A DNA stretch of 28,213 nt, taken from positions 1 to 28,213 of the IMG/VR virus record IMGVR_UViG_3300032270_000211. The stretch is one strand, 5' to 3'. Every line of letters begins with the position of its first letter. Within the stretch, counting starts at the first letter, position 1. Positions 1-7,864 of the stretch are shown here, piece by piece. Source of the stretch: a virus. Its lineage: Duplodnaviria; Caudoviricetes. The position numbers were made by a program, and so were the translations under genes. Under the pieces are notes generated by a model, which saw nothing but the letters and a program-made list of their open reading frames with translations, was not told where the DNA came from and ran no database searches.

Positions 1-105
1 CAAGAAATGCAGCAAATGCCGCCTGAAATGGGTATGATTCCACCTGAATCGGCTGAAATGCCGCCAGAAATGATGAATATGCCGCCCCAGGAGCCAATGG
101 TATGA
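1..105 (+). CDS. C-terminal low-complexity tail of probable portal protein (5' truncated)
   Basis: Frame 1 is open from the window start (QEMQQMPPEMGMIPPESAEMPPEMMNMPPQEPMV*). Its TGA at 103-105 overlaps the next ATG. The Q/M/P/E-rich tail and the position upstream of scaffold/capsid suggest a portal; the identity is an inference. Confidence 0.55.
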   Translation, partial: QEMQQMPPEMGMIPPESAEMPPEMMNMPPQEPMV

Positions 106-464
106 ACGCCGCAGACTTTGTAGGTACGCTGTTTTTAGGCCGTGATGTGGCTCATTCAGTGCATCTAAACACCCGCAGTTACGCCAAACACAAGGCGCTG
201 CAAAAGTTTTACGACGGTATTGTTGATCTGGCAGACAAGTTTGCTGAAGCCTACCAAGGCAAGTACGGTCTGATTGGCTCTATTTCGTTGCAGTCTGCAA
301 AAAAACAGGGCAACATCGTTGAGTTTTTAGAAGGCCAGCTAGACGAAATACATTCTGCGCGCTACAAGGTCGTTGATAAGGAATGCACCGCAATCCACAA
401 CATTATTGATGAAATTGAAGCGCTGTACATGTCAACGCTGTACAAACTGAGGTTTCTTGCATGA
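102..464 (+). CDS. Dps/ferritin-like four-helix protein (DUF5856-like)
   Basis: AHSVHLNTRSYAKHKALQKFYD...DKFAEAYQG parallels the Dps H..H...H...Y...D..AE pattern; ATGA overlaps at both ends. Confidence 0.7.
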   Translation: MNAADFVGTLFLGRDVAHSVHLNTRSYAKHKALQKFYDGIVDLADKFAEAYQGKYGLIGSISLQSAKKQGNIVEFLEGQLDEIHSARYKVVDKECTAIHNIIDEIEALYMSTLYKLRFLA

Positions 465-1240
465 CGATACCCGTATCTCAAACCAAGTTTGGTAAAAATG
501 AACCGTTTGAACTGCAAGTTTCACGCGGCGAAGTTCCCGATCATCGGTCGGTAGTAGTCTTTGGTTACAACCCCGATGTAGATACGTCTGAGGTGACGGT
601 ATGGCCGTTGCCATCTATTATTTCGCACCCTGCCGCCGCGCTGCAGATGAAAGTAAGCTCTACTAATGCCAACGATACGGCAGCAGGCACGGGCGCGCGC
701 ACAATCGTTATTCAAGGTCTAAACAGCGGTTACGCAGAGATATCGGAAACGGTGACGTTAAACGGCCAGACTGAGGTTTTAACGACAAACCTTTTTCTTC
801 GTGTAAATTACGCGTATGTTGCTACCGCAGGCAGTACTAATTCAGCCGCTGGCGACATTTACATTGGTACCGGCACCGTCACGTCCGGCGTACCTGCTAC
901 AACTTACAACGTCATTAAATATGATTTTAACAACACCGTAACCGGCCACTATACGATTCCTGCGGGGTACACAGGTTATCTAGCTCAAGGACTTTTTTCG
1001 GCAGGTCAGGCTTCAGGTTCTACGCAGGTGCGCGGGCGGTTGTTAACTGTGGGCACTGACCGTATTCGTCGCACAGCAGCGGTGACTACGGTCAATAACG
1101 GCGTAGCAGATTATGCGTTTGAGTATCCAGTACCCATATTGGAAAAGACGGATATTGAGGCCACAGGCGTAGGCAGCGCCAGCAACAATGGCGTGTCTTG
1201 CATGTTTATTTTGGTTTTAGTTAAAAATATTACGGGTTAA
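461..1240 (+). CDS. hypothetical virion-associated beta-rich protein
   Basis: 259-aa T/G/V/A-rich ORF coupled to the upstream gene, within the structural region. Confidence 0.6.
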   Translation: MTIPVSQTKFGKNEPFELQVSRGEVPDHRSVVVFGYNPDVDTSEVTVWPLPSIISHPAAALQMKVSSTNANDTAAGTGARTIVIQGLNSGYAEISETVTLNGQTEVLTTNLFLRVNYAYVATAGSTNSAAGDIYIGTGTVTSGVPATTYNVIKYDFNNTVTGHYTIPAGYTGYLAQGLFSAGQASGSTQVRGRLLTVGTDRIRRTAAVTTVNNGVADYAFEYPVPILEKTDIEATGVGSASNNGVSCMFILVLVKNITG

Positions 1241-1242
1241 TC

Positions 1243-1509
1243 ATGGCAAATTACACTTACATTACGGCTTCGGCCAACATTAAACCGATGGCGGGTAAAC
1301 TGAAAGGTATTTTTGTCAGCGCAGCTTCTAGCACCCCCACTATTACGGTTTACGATTCAGCTGCAGCGACTACGACTGACATTATTTTGGGCACTTTTAC
1401 ACCTGTTGGGGCTACGTCATACATACTGCCGATAGAAGGCGCGTACGCTAAAAACGGTATATACGTGGTCATCAGCGGCACGGTAAACGCCACTGTAATT
1501 TACGAGTAA
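1243..1509 (+). CDS. small hypothetical structural protein
   Basis: 88-aa beta-rich ORF tightly packed in the operon. Confidence 0.65.
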   Translation: MANYTYITASANIKPMAGKLKGIFVSAASSTPTITVYDSAAATTTDIILGTFTPVGATSYILPIEGAYAKNGIYVVISGTVNATVIYE

Positions 1510-1519
1510 AGGTAATTTT

Positions 1520-3460
1520 ATGGCGTCATATACTCTTTCACCCGTCGGCGGCGCTGGCGCGCAATTTTTTGACAATAATGGAAATCCATTATCTGGAGGA
1601 AAACTGTACACCTACGCTGCGGGGACTACTACGCCATTAACTACTTGGACTACGCCTGCAGGAACGGTTGCTAACACTAATCCAATTATTCTGGATTCAG
1701 CAGGCAGACCACCGCAAGAAATTTGGTTAAGCGTCCTTTACACATACAAATTTCAGTTAAAAACAAGCGCCGACGTTTTAATTGCAACTTACGACAATAT
1801 CCCCGGTCTGCCACAGCCAGCAGTAACTAACAACGCGTCTACAATTTATTACGAACAAGGTAATACAGTAACCGCAGGGTCGTTTGTAATTGGCAGAACC
1901 TACATGATTGCCACGTTGGGGACTACCGATTTTACGGCGATTGGTGCAACAGCTAATTCAGTTGGTCAAATATTTGTTGCTACTGGCGTTGGAAGTGGCA
2001 CAGGGACGGCTTACAACTCCCAAACAGTACAAGCAAAATTACAGCAGACAATTAGTGTCACTGATTTTGGCGCTACGGGTGATGGAACAACTAACGATAC
2101 CGCTGCAATTCAAGCAGCCATTATCGCGGCAAAAAATGATGGCGTCCCCGGCGTTAGCGTTGGCGTAAGTTTGTATTTCCCCGCTGGTATTTATGCAATT
2201 ACGGGCTTAATTATTTACCCGTTTCAACATTTGATTTTTGACCCAGGCGCGGTTCTTAAAATGACCGCTTCTGGTATAGCGATTCGTACTTCGTCCGTGC
2301 AAGCGCAGGTAGCTCCGACGGGCAACATTACTCGCGTTTTAATCGACAACCCCCGTATTGACATGAACAATCAAACGGGTTTTGGACTATTGCTTGAGTG
2401 TTGCACAAACGCGGTTGTTAATAATGCGCAGATTACAAACGTAGCGGCCGCAACATTTCAGTACAGCGACGGCTATGACCCTGTTGGCACTACTTGGGCT
2501 AGCATAGGTATTGTTTTAAAAGGGATTACAGACACGTATGGTTGCTATTACAACAGCGTAAATAATTGCCGTATAAACAGTTTCGGATCTACTGCTACCA
2601 GCAACGCGGGTATTTGGCTGGGTACTTCAAGAACTGGCGAAAATCAACGCGCAAATTTTAATCAAATCAACCAAGCTGTTTGTTTAAGTTTAGCAACCGG
2701 CATTGATGTTGCGTTAGGCGGCGATAACTTTATTCTCCAGCCAGAAATGTCATTGTGTGATGTAGGTATTAGAGTCGGTAATATTGCTGATTTTTCTTCT
2801 CAATCAAATAGAACTTGGATTCAGCAACCTTATCTTGAGAGTTGCACCACTGCGGGTATTCAATTACGCAGCAACGCGCAAGATACGGTTATCCAAGGTT
2901 TCGGCGGCTTGTCTGGCACATCGACGATTGTTGATGATTCTGGCGAAACAACTAGCATTTTTGCGTCTAATACTGACAGCGCCGTAACCAATGGATACAC
3001 ACGTTTTTACTATGGAAGCGTTCGTTTTCCTGGTATACAAATTCCCGACGCTGATGTAAATGCGCTAGACGACTACCAAGAAGGTAGTTTTACACCAAGA
3101 ATAACTTGTTTAGGTACCGCGCCAACATCAGTAACATACGTTACGCAATTTGGTAAGTACACAAAAATTGGCAATGTTGTTATGGCGCAGCTTAATTTAG
3201 AATGGAGTGCAATGGCTGGCTCTCCCGCAGGTCAAATGGCTATTGATAATTTGCCTTTTGCACCTTTTGGCGCGGGGGCTATTACTGCAATTTTTCCTGC
3301 AAGCAGCGTTGGTGGGACAGGTGGGGCTTTTGTTACAGGTTTAATGGCAAGTACCGGCGAAATTAGAATGTATAAATTTGACGGAACAAACAATGTGACA
3401 TGGGATTTTGACCCAGCGGCACAAATTCGTTGCTCAATTACCTATTTTACGGATAGTTAA
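1520..3460 (+). CDS. tailspike / receptor-binding protein (N-terminal particle-binding domain, pectate-lyase-like beta-helix, C-terminal fibre domain)
   Basis: N-terminal FFDNNGNPLSGGKLYTYAAGT...NPIILDSAGR; SVTDFGATGDGTTNDTAAIQAAI and LYFPAGIY are the typical start of a Pectate_lyase_3-type beta-helix; SD AAGG upstream. Confidence 0.85.
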   Translation: MASYTLSPVGGAGAQFFDNNGNPLSGGKLYTYAAGTTTPLTTWTTPAGTVANTNPIILDSAGRPPQEIWLSVLYTYKFQLKTSADVLIATYDNIPGLPQPAVTNNASTIYYEQGNTVTAGSFVIGRTYMIATLGTTDFTAIGATANSVGQIFVATGVGSGTGTAYNSQTVQAKLQQTISVTDFGATGDGTTNDTAAIQAAIIAAKNDGVPGVSVGVSLYFPAGIYAITGLIIYPFQHLIFDPGAVLKMTASGIAIRTSSVQAQVAPTGNITRVLIDNPRIDMNNQTGFGLLLECCTNAVVNNAQITNVAAATFQYSDGYDPVGTTWASIGIVLKGITDTYGCYYNSVNNCRINSFGSTATSNAGIWLGTSRTGENQRANFNQINQAVCLSLATGIDVALGGDNFILQPEMSLCDVGIRVGNIADFSSQSNRTWIQQPYLESCTTAGIQLRSNAQDTVIQGFGGLSGTSTIVDDSGETTSIFASNTDSAVTNGYTRFYYGSVRFPGIQIPDADVNALDDYQEGSFTPRITCLGTAPTSVTYVTQFGKYTKIGNVVMAQLNLEWSAMAGSPAGQMAIDNLPFAPFGAGAITAIFPASSVGGTGGAFVTGLMASTGEIRMYKFDGTNNVTWDFDPAAQIRCSITYFTDS

Positions 3461-3461
3461 T

Positions 3462-3575
3462 ATGAATACGCAAAATTCTACGCCTGAAACAATTTCTATT
3501 GAGGCCGCTCTCGTTGAAGCTATGCACACAGGGGATTGGGCGTATTATTTTGAGTTAATAAGTCAGATGCCTTGA
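3462..3575 (+). CDS. 37-aa ORF after the tailspike (not in ORF track)
   Basis: ATG 1 nt after the tailspike TAA; MNTQNSTPETISIEAALVEAMHTGDWAYYFELISQMP*; fills the gap up to the promoter. Confidence 0.5.
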   Translation: MNTQNSTPETISIEAALVEAMHTGDWAYYFELISQMP

Positions 3576-3599
3576 CACAAAGTTAAGATGTTGTAGTAT
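3572..3599 (+). promoter_or_regulatory. sigma70-type promoter for scaffold/capsid genes
   Basis: TTGACA (3572-3577), 16-nt spacer, TAGTAT (3594-3599), about 45 nt upstream of the scaffold ATG. Confidence 0.6.
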
Positions 3600-3601
3600 T
3601 A

Positions 3602-3641
3602 ACTGTACCGGCCCAGTAGACCGGGGGATTCTTTAGGAATC
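3602..3641 (+). promoter_or_regulatory. structured 5' leader of scaffold gene (possible pseudoknot plus SD-occluding hairpin)
   Basis: ACTG 3602-05 pairs with CAGT 3614-17, crossing CCGG 3608-11 paired with CCGG 3621-24; GATTC 3627-31 pairs with GAATC 3637-41 and covers the AGGA SD. Confidence 0.45.
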
Positions 3642-3645
3642 GACA

Positions 3646-4425
3646 ATGTCAGAAGAGATTCAAAACGAGTTAGCGGAAGTACCCGCGCCAGAACAGGCAC
3701 CGACGGCAGAGCCTGTAGCTGAAGAAACACATGCGCCGGAGAATGATGAGTCAAAGCCAGCCAAAGTCTTCACACAAGAAGAACTAGACGCTGCCATTGG
3801 CAAAAGGCTTGCAAGAGAACAGCGTAAGTGGGAAAGAGAACAGGCACGTCGAGCGCAAGAAACGCCTGCCGTATCTGCGGAACTCCCGCCGGTCGAAAAT
3901 TTTAATTCTGTTGATGAGTACGCCGACGCATTGGCTGTACGAAAAGCAGAGGAATTATTGGCCAAACGTGAAGCTGATCGTGAACGCATGAGTGTGATTG
4001 AGGCGTATCAAGATCGTGAAGAGGACGCGCGGGCTAAATATGAGGACTTCGAACAAGTCGCATACAACCCTGCACTGCCGATCACGAACGCGATGGCTGA
4101 GACTATTCAATCGTCCGATATCGGCCCCGATCTGGCTTATTACTTGGGTACCCACCCAAATGAAGCCAGCCGGATTTCACGTCTGTCGCCAATTTTGCAG
4201 GCTAAAGAGATCGGCAAACTAGAAGCTAAAATTGCTTCAGAACCGGTCTTAAAAAAGACAACTAGCGCCCCACCACCCATCGCGCCTATTAGTGGCCGTG
4301 GCTCTGGCTCTTCGTCTTACGACACGACTGACCCTCGTTCTGTAAAGAGCATGAGTACGTCAGAGTGGATCGAAGCGGATCGCCAGCGTCAGATGAAGAA
4401 GTGGGAAGCTCAACGTAATCGCTAA
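3646..4425 (+). CDS. capsid scaffolding protein
   Basis: Acidic, helical E/A/K/R-rich protein (FTQEELDAAIGKRLAREQRKWERE) directly upstream of the major capsid gene. Confidence 0.85.
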   Translation: MSEEIQNELAEVPAPEQAPTAEPVAEETHAPENDESKPAKVFTQEELDAAIGKRLAREQRKWEREQARRAQETPAVSAELPPVENFNSVDEYADALAVRKAEELLAKREADRERMSVIEAYQDREEDARAKYEDFEQVAYNPALPITNAMAETIQSSDIGPDLAYYLGTHPNEASRISRLSPILQAKEIGKLEAKIASEPVLKKTTSAPPPIAPISGRGSGSSSYDTTDPRSVKSMSTSEWIEADRQRQMKKWEAQRNR

Positions 4426-4445
4426 CTTTTTTTAGGATATAAATC

Positions 4446-5660
4446 ATGGCAAACTCGATTCTTACCATCGACATGATTACTCGGAAGGCTCTCGAAATCC
4501 TCGAGAACAACCTGGTACTCACTCGTAACGTTAACCGTCAGTATGACGACTCTTTCGCCGTTGAAGGCGCAAAAATTGGTTCCACACTGCGTATCCGTTT
4601 ACCGGATCGCGCTCTGGTAACCGACGGTGCCGCCCTGCAAGTTCAGGACGACAACGAACAGTTCACCACACTGACTGTTGCTTCGCAGAAGCACATCGGC
4701 GTGAACTTTACCTCCGCCGAACTTACCATGCAGTTGGATGACTTCGCAGAGCGTGTTCTGAAGCCTCGTATTTCTCAGCTGGCTTCGTCGATCGATGCTG
4801 ATGTTGCTAATGCGTACAAGAGCGTTTACAACTCGGTGGGCACGCCTGGCACCACACCTTCGACTTCGCTCGTTCTGCTGCAAGCCCAGCAGAAGCTGAA
4901 CGAAAACGCTGCTGTGATGTCACCACGCTACGCAACTGTTAACCCAGCTGCTAACGCTGGTCTGGTTGAAGGCATGAAAGGTCTGTTCAACCCAACCAAC
5001 ACCATCTCCAGCCAGTTCAAGAACGGCATGATGGGCACGGGTGTTCTGGGCTTTGAAGAAGTCAACATGTCTCAGTCGATCAAGCAGCACACCACCGGCA
5101 CACGTTCTACCAGCGACACCATTCTGGTAAACGGCACTGTGTCGACCCAAGGTCAGTCAACTATCAGCATCGATGGCGGCACTGGTTCGGCAACCGTTAC
5201 TGTTGGCGACGTGTTTACTATTGCTGGCGTGTTCGCGGTTAACCCACAGACTCGCGAGTCCACCGGTTCGCTGCAGCAGTTTACCGTGACCCAAGCTAAC
5301 ACCGCTTCCGGCGGCGCTTGGACAAACATCGCTATTTCGCCTGCTATGTACACATCTGATAACGCTCTGGCGACTATCAATGCGTTCCCACAAGACGGCG
5401 CAGCAGTGACTTTTGTCGGCGCAGCTTCGACTCAGTACGCTCAAAACCTCGTCTACCATAAAGATGCGATCACTTTTGCTACCGCCGACCTGTTGCTGCC
5501 ACAAGGCGTCGACATGGCCTCGCGTCAAGTACACAACGGCATTTCGCTGCGTGTTGTTCGTCAGTACGACATCAACAACGACCGTCTGCCTTGCCGTATT
5601 GACGTGCTGTACGGCTTTAGCACGATCCGTCCACAAATGGCTTGCCGCATGTGGGGTTAA
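4446..5660 (+). CDS. major capsid protein, P22 coat (gp5)-like
   Basis: MANSILTIDMITRKALEILENNL..., KIGSTLRIRLP and C-terminal RIDVLYG..IRP are characteristic of the P22 coat family; SD AGGA with U-rich upstream sequence. Confidence 0.92.
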   Translation: MANSILTIDMITRKALEILENNLVLTRNVNRQYDDSFAVEGAKIGSTLRIRLPDRALVTDGAALQVQDDNEQFTTLTVASQKHIGVNFTSAELTMQLDDFAERVLKPRISQLASSIDADVANAYKSVYNSVGTPGTTPSTSLVLLQAQQKLNENAAVMSPRYATVNPAANAGLVEGMKGLFNPTNTISSQFKNGMMGTGVLGFEEVNMSQSIKQHTTGTRSTSDTILVNGTVSTQGQSTISIDGGTGSATVTVGDVFTIAGVFAVNPQTRESTGSLQQFTVTQANTASGGAWTNIAISPAMYTSDNALATINAFPQDGAAVTFVGAASTQYAQNLVYHKDAITFATADLLLPQGVDMASRQVHNGISLRVVRQYDINNDRLPCRIDVLYGFSTIRPQMACRMWG

Positions 5661-5663
5661 GTC

Positions 5664-5700
5664 TTGGTGGGGGCTTTGGCCCCCATTAACAACATTTTTT
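5664..5700 (+). terminator. stem-loop after capsid gene (partial terminator or mRNA stabiliser)
   Basis: 11-bp stem TTGGTGGGGGC/GCCCCCATTAA with loop TTTG; the T6 tract is offset by 5 nt. Confidence 0.55.
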
Positions 5701-5713
5701 AAGGATACTTATC

Positions 5714-6112
5714 ATGGCAATTCCAAATGGCGCTGGTGGTTATCAACTTGGCGACGGCAATGTTTCTGAGGCAACGCTGACTGTTCAGGGCGCTCCTACC
5801 GCACTGACCGCAGCTGCAACTGCAACTGCTGCTCAACTTTCAAACGGTCTGTTTACTTTTAACGGCACTGCTGGCAATCTGACTCTGCCTACCGTTGCTG
5901 ATCTGGAAGCAGGCATTCCAAACGCTGTCAAAGTTAATGCTGCGTTCGACTTCTACGTTATCAATATCGATGCCGGTACTGACGACGTGACTGTTGCAAC
6001 AGCTACTGGCTGGACTCTGGTGGGCGCTATGGCGGTGACTGAAAATACTTCAGGTCACTTCCGCGCCCGCAAGACCGGCGACGGCTCCTGGACGCTGTAT
6101 CGCATTTCTTAA
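5714..6112 (+). CDS. probable capsid decoration/cement protein
   Basis: 132-aa A/T/G-rich ORF right after the capsid gene; strong SD AAGGA. Confidence 0.65.
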   Translation: MAIPNGAGGYQLGDGNVSEATLTVQGAPTALTAAATATAAQLSNGLFTFNGTAGNLTLPTVADLEAGIPNAVKVNAAFDFYVINIDAGTDDVTVATATGWTLVGAMAVTENTSGHFRARKTGDGSWTLYRIS

Positions 6113-6126
6113 TTTAAGGAGCTATC

Positions 6127-6453
6127 ATGCCTAATACCAAACCGATTGGTGTTGCCTATGAAGATCAGCAACTGGACGGTGCGGTTATCGGTAAGTCAGG
6201 TGGCACCGTAGGTTTTTATGGCGCAACGCCGGTAACTCAACCTGCCGCGTTGACCGCTCAACTGACTACGATCACCAGTACGGCTCCCGGTACGCCGGAC
6301 TATGCAATTCAAGACCTCACTCAAACTACACCTTTTGGTTTTGCGACCAAAGATGAAGGTAACACCGTGTTGTCAGTAATTGCTAATCTGCAGGCTCGGC
6401 TGGCCCAAGTAGAAGCACGCTTGGAATCGCTGAATCTGATTGCTTCTAACTAA
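6127..6453 (+). CDS. probable head fibre/decoration protein
   Basis: VGFYGATPVTQPAA motif and C-terminal coiled coil ending LESLNLIA; SD AAGGAG. Confidence 0.6.
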   Translation: MPNTKPIGVAYEDQQLDGAVIGKSGGTVGFYGATPVTQPAALTAQLTTITSTAPGTPDYAIQDLTQTTPFGFATKDEGNTVLSVIANLQARLAQVEARLESLNLIASN

Positions 6454-6456
6454 GCA

Positions 6457-6482
6457 GGCGGGGCGGCTAACGCCGCCCCGTT
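6457..6482 (+). terminator. GC-rich stem-loop at end of head-gene block
   Basis: 11-bp stem GGCGGGGCGGC/GCCGCCCCGTT with loop TAAC; no real U-tract. Confidence 0.5.
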
Positions 6483-6487
6483 CACCT

Positions 6488-6682
6488 ATGCATATATATT
6501 TACAGCATCCAATCCACGGTACTAAAGTTGCTACGATGGAGATGGAAGCCGAATTTGATGAACAAAACGGCTGGCTTCGGTATAATCCCGACACGCCTTC
6601 AGAGCCTGAAGCGGCGGCACCAGCCAATGAACTGGAAGTTAAACGTCGTCGTGGCCGTCGTCCCGTAGAGGCGGCAGCTTAA
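6488..6682 (+). CDS. small hypothetical protein (64 aa) with basic C-terminal patch
   Basis: ATG at 6488 after the hairpin (MHIYLQHPIHGTKVAT...KRRRGRRP) is a more plausible start than 6440. Confidence 0.7.
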   Translation: MHIYLQHPIHGTKVATMEMEAEFDEQNGWLRYNPDTPSEPEAAAPANELEVKRRRGRRPVEAAA

Positions 6683-6692
6683 AGGAGCAAAT

Positions 6693-7406
6693 ATGGCCAC
6701 TACTGCTGGCGATCAAATCAATCGGGCGTTGCGATTGCTGGGCGTGTTGGCTGAAGGCGAGACGTCTTCGGCGTCAGTAATGCAAGACGGTTTGACCGCT
6801 TTGAATCAAATGATTGATTCATGGAACACCGAACGTCTGGCCGTTTTTTCGACTCAAGACCAAATATTTAATTGGCCTCCAAACGAAATTACCCGCACGC
6901 TTGGGCCTACAGGCAACTTTGTGGGTAATAGACCCGTTTTAATTGACGACGCAACGTATTTCCGCGACGCCAGCACCAACGTGTCGTACGGCATCAAGTT
7001 GATTAACCAGCAGCAGTACGACGGCATTGCGGTCAAGACGGTAACCAGCACCTACCCGCAGGTCATGTTTGTGAACAACACGTTCCCAGACATCACCATG
7101 ACGATCTACCCCAAGCCAACGCGTGTGCTGGAGTGGCATTTTGTGTCGGTTGAAGAGCTGACGCAACCCGCTACATTAAACACAAATTTAGCTTTTCCCC
7201 CAGGCTATTTGCGCGCTTTTGTGTACAACTTGGCTATGGAATTTGCCCCGGAGTTCGGCGTTGAGCCGTCCCCACAGGTGCAGCGGATTGCCATGACGTC
7301 CAAGCGCAACCTGAAGCGGATCAACAATCCTGACGACGTGATGTCCATGCCGTACTCGCTGGTCGCTACTCGTCAGCGCTTTAACATCTACGCTGGTAAC
7401 TACTAA
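6693..7406 (+). CDS. head-to-tail adaptor, P22 gp4-like
   Basis: TAGDQINRALRLLGV...GLTALNQMIDSW and YNLAMEFAPEFG patterns; expected position; SD AAGGAG. Confidence 0.75.
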   Translation: MATTAGDQINRALRLLGVLAEGETSSASVMQDGLTALNQMIDSWNTERLAVFSTQDQIFNWPPNEITRTLGPTGNFVGNRPVLIDDATYFRDASTNVSYGIKLINQQQYDGIAVKTVTSTYPQVMFVNNTFPDITMTIYPKPTRVLEWHFVSVEELTQPATLNTNLAFPPGYLRAFVYNLAMEFAPEFGVEPSPQVQRIAMTSKRNLKRINNPDDVMSMPYSLVATRQRFNIYAGNY

Positions 7407-7408
7407 GT

Positions 7409-7864
7409 ATGCCTAACGCTTTAGCGCCACCAAGCAAGAATAAACTGGCTCAAGGTTTGCGCCTTACGCCAGATTATTCTATTGCGCCTGAAGCGGAGTT
7501 AGGCACTTGGACTGCTGCCGACGAAAAAGCGTTTCAAACAGGCATTCGGCAAACCCCTTGGTATGCCCAATTCATCAAAAAATTTGGTGGGCCGCCTGAC
7601 TTAAACTCACCAGAATACAATTACCGCGCAGCGTGGAAATCAGGGATGCGTCCGCAAGATTACGAGTTTGATAGAGAAATGCAACATTGGGGTAGCGTTA
7701 CACCCCAAGGTAAAAGCGTTAAATCTACTAGCCATCCAACTGCTTGGATGGAAGATTATATGAGCGTAACTGGCCGTGACCCCCACACACCGGGCGCCAT
7801 GACCCCCGCGCAAATAGAGGCAATACAACGCGGTTTAGTGTACCGATACGGTGGCATGAAATGA
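7409..7864 (+). CDS. hypothetical protein between adaptor and tail stabilisation genes
   Basis: 151-aa ORF filling the gap exactly; contains YNYRAAWKSG..P...HW...K...HPT. Confidence 0.7.
   Translation: MPNALAPPSKNKLAQGLRLTPDYSIAPEAELGTWTAADEKAFQTGIRQTPWYAQFIKKFGGPPDLNSPEYNYRAAWKSGMRPQDYEFDREMQHWGSVTPQGKSVKSTSHPTAWMEDYMSVTGRDPHTPGAMTPAQIEAIQRGLVYRYGGMK

Noticed and set aside
1-100. ATGCCGCC(T/A)GAAATG repeats as a DNA repeat element
   Set aside because: Explained by the low-complexity MPPEM peptide tail of the upstream protein.
6440-6487. Upstream extension of the 6440-6682 ORF given in the track
   Set aside because: It runs through the previous gene's end and the GC hairpin; ATG 6488 is the more plausible start.
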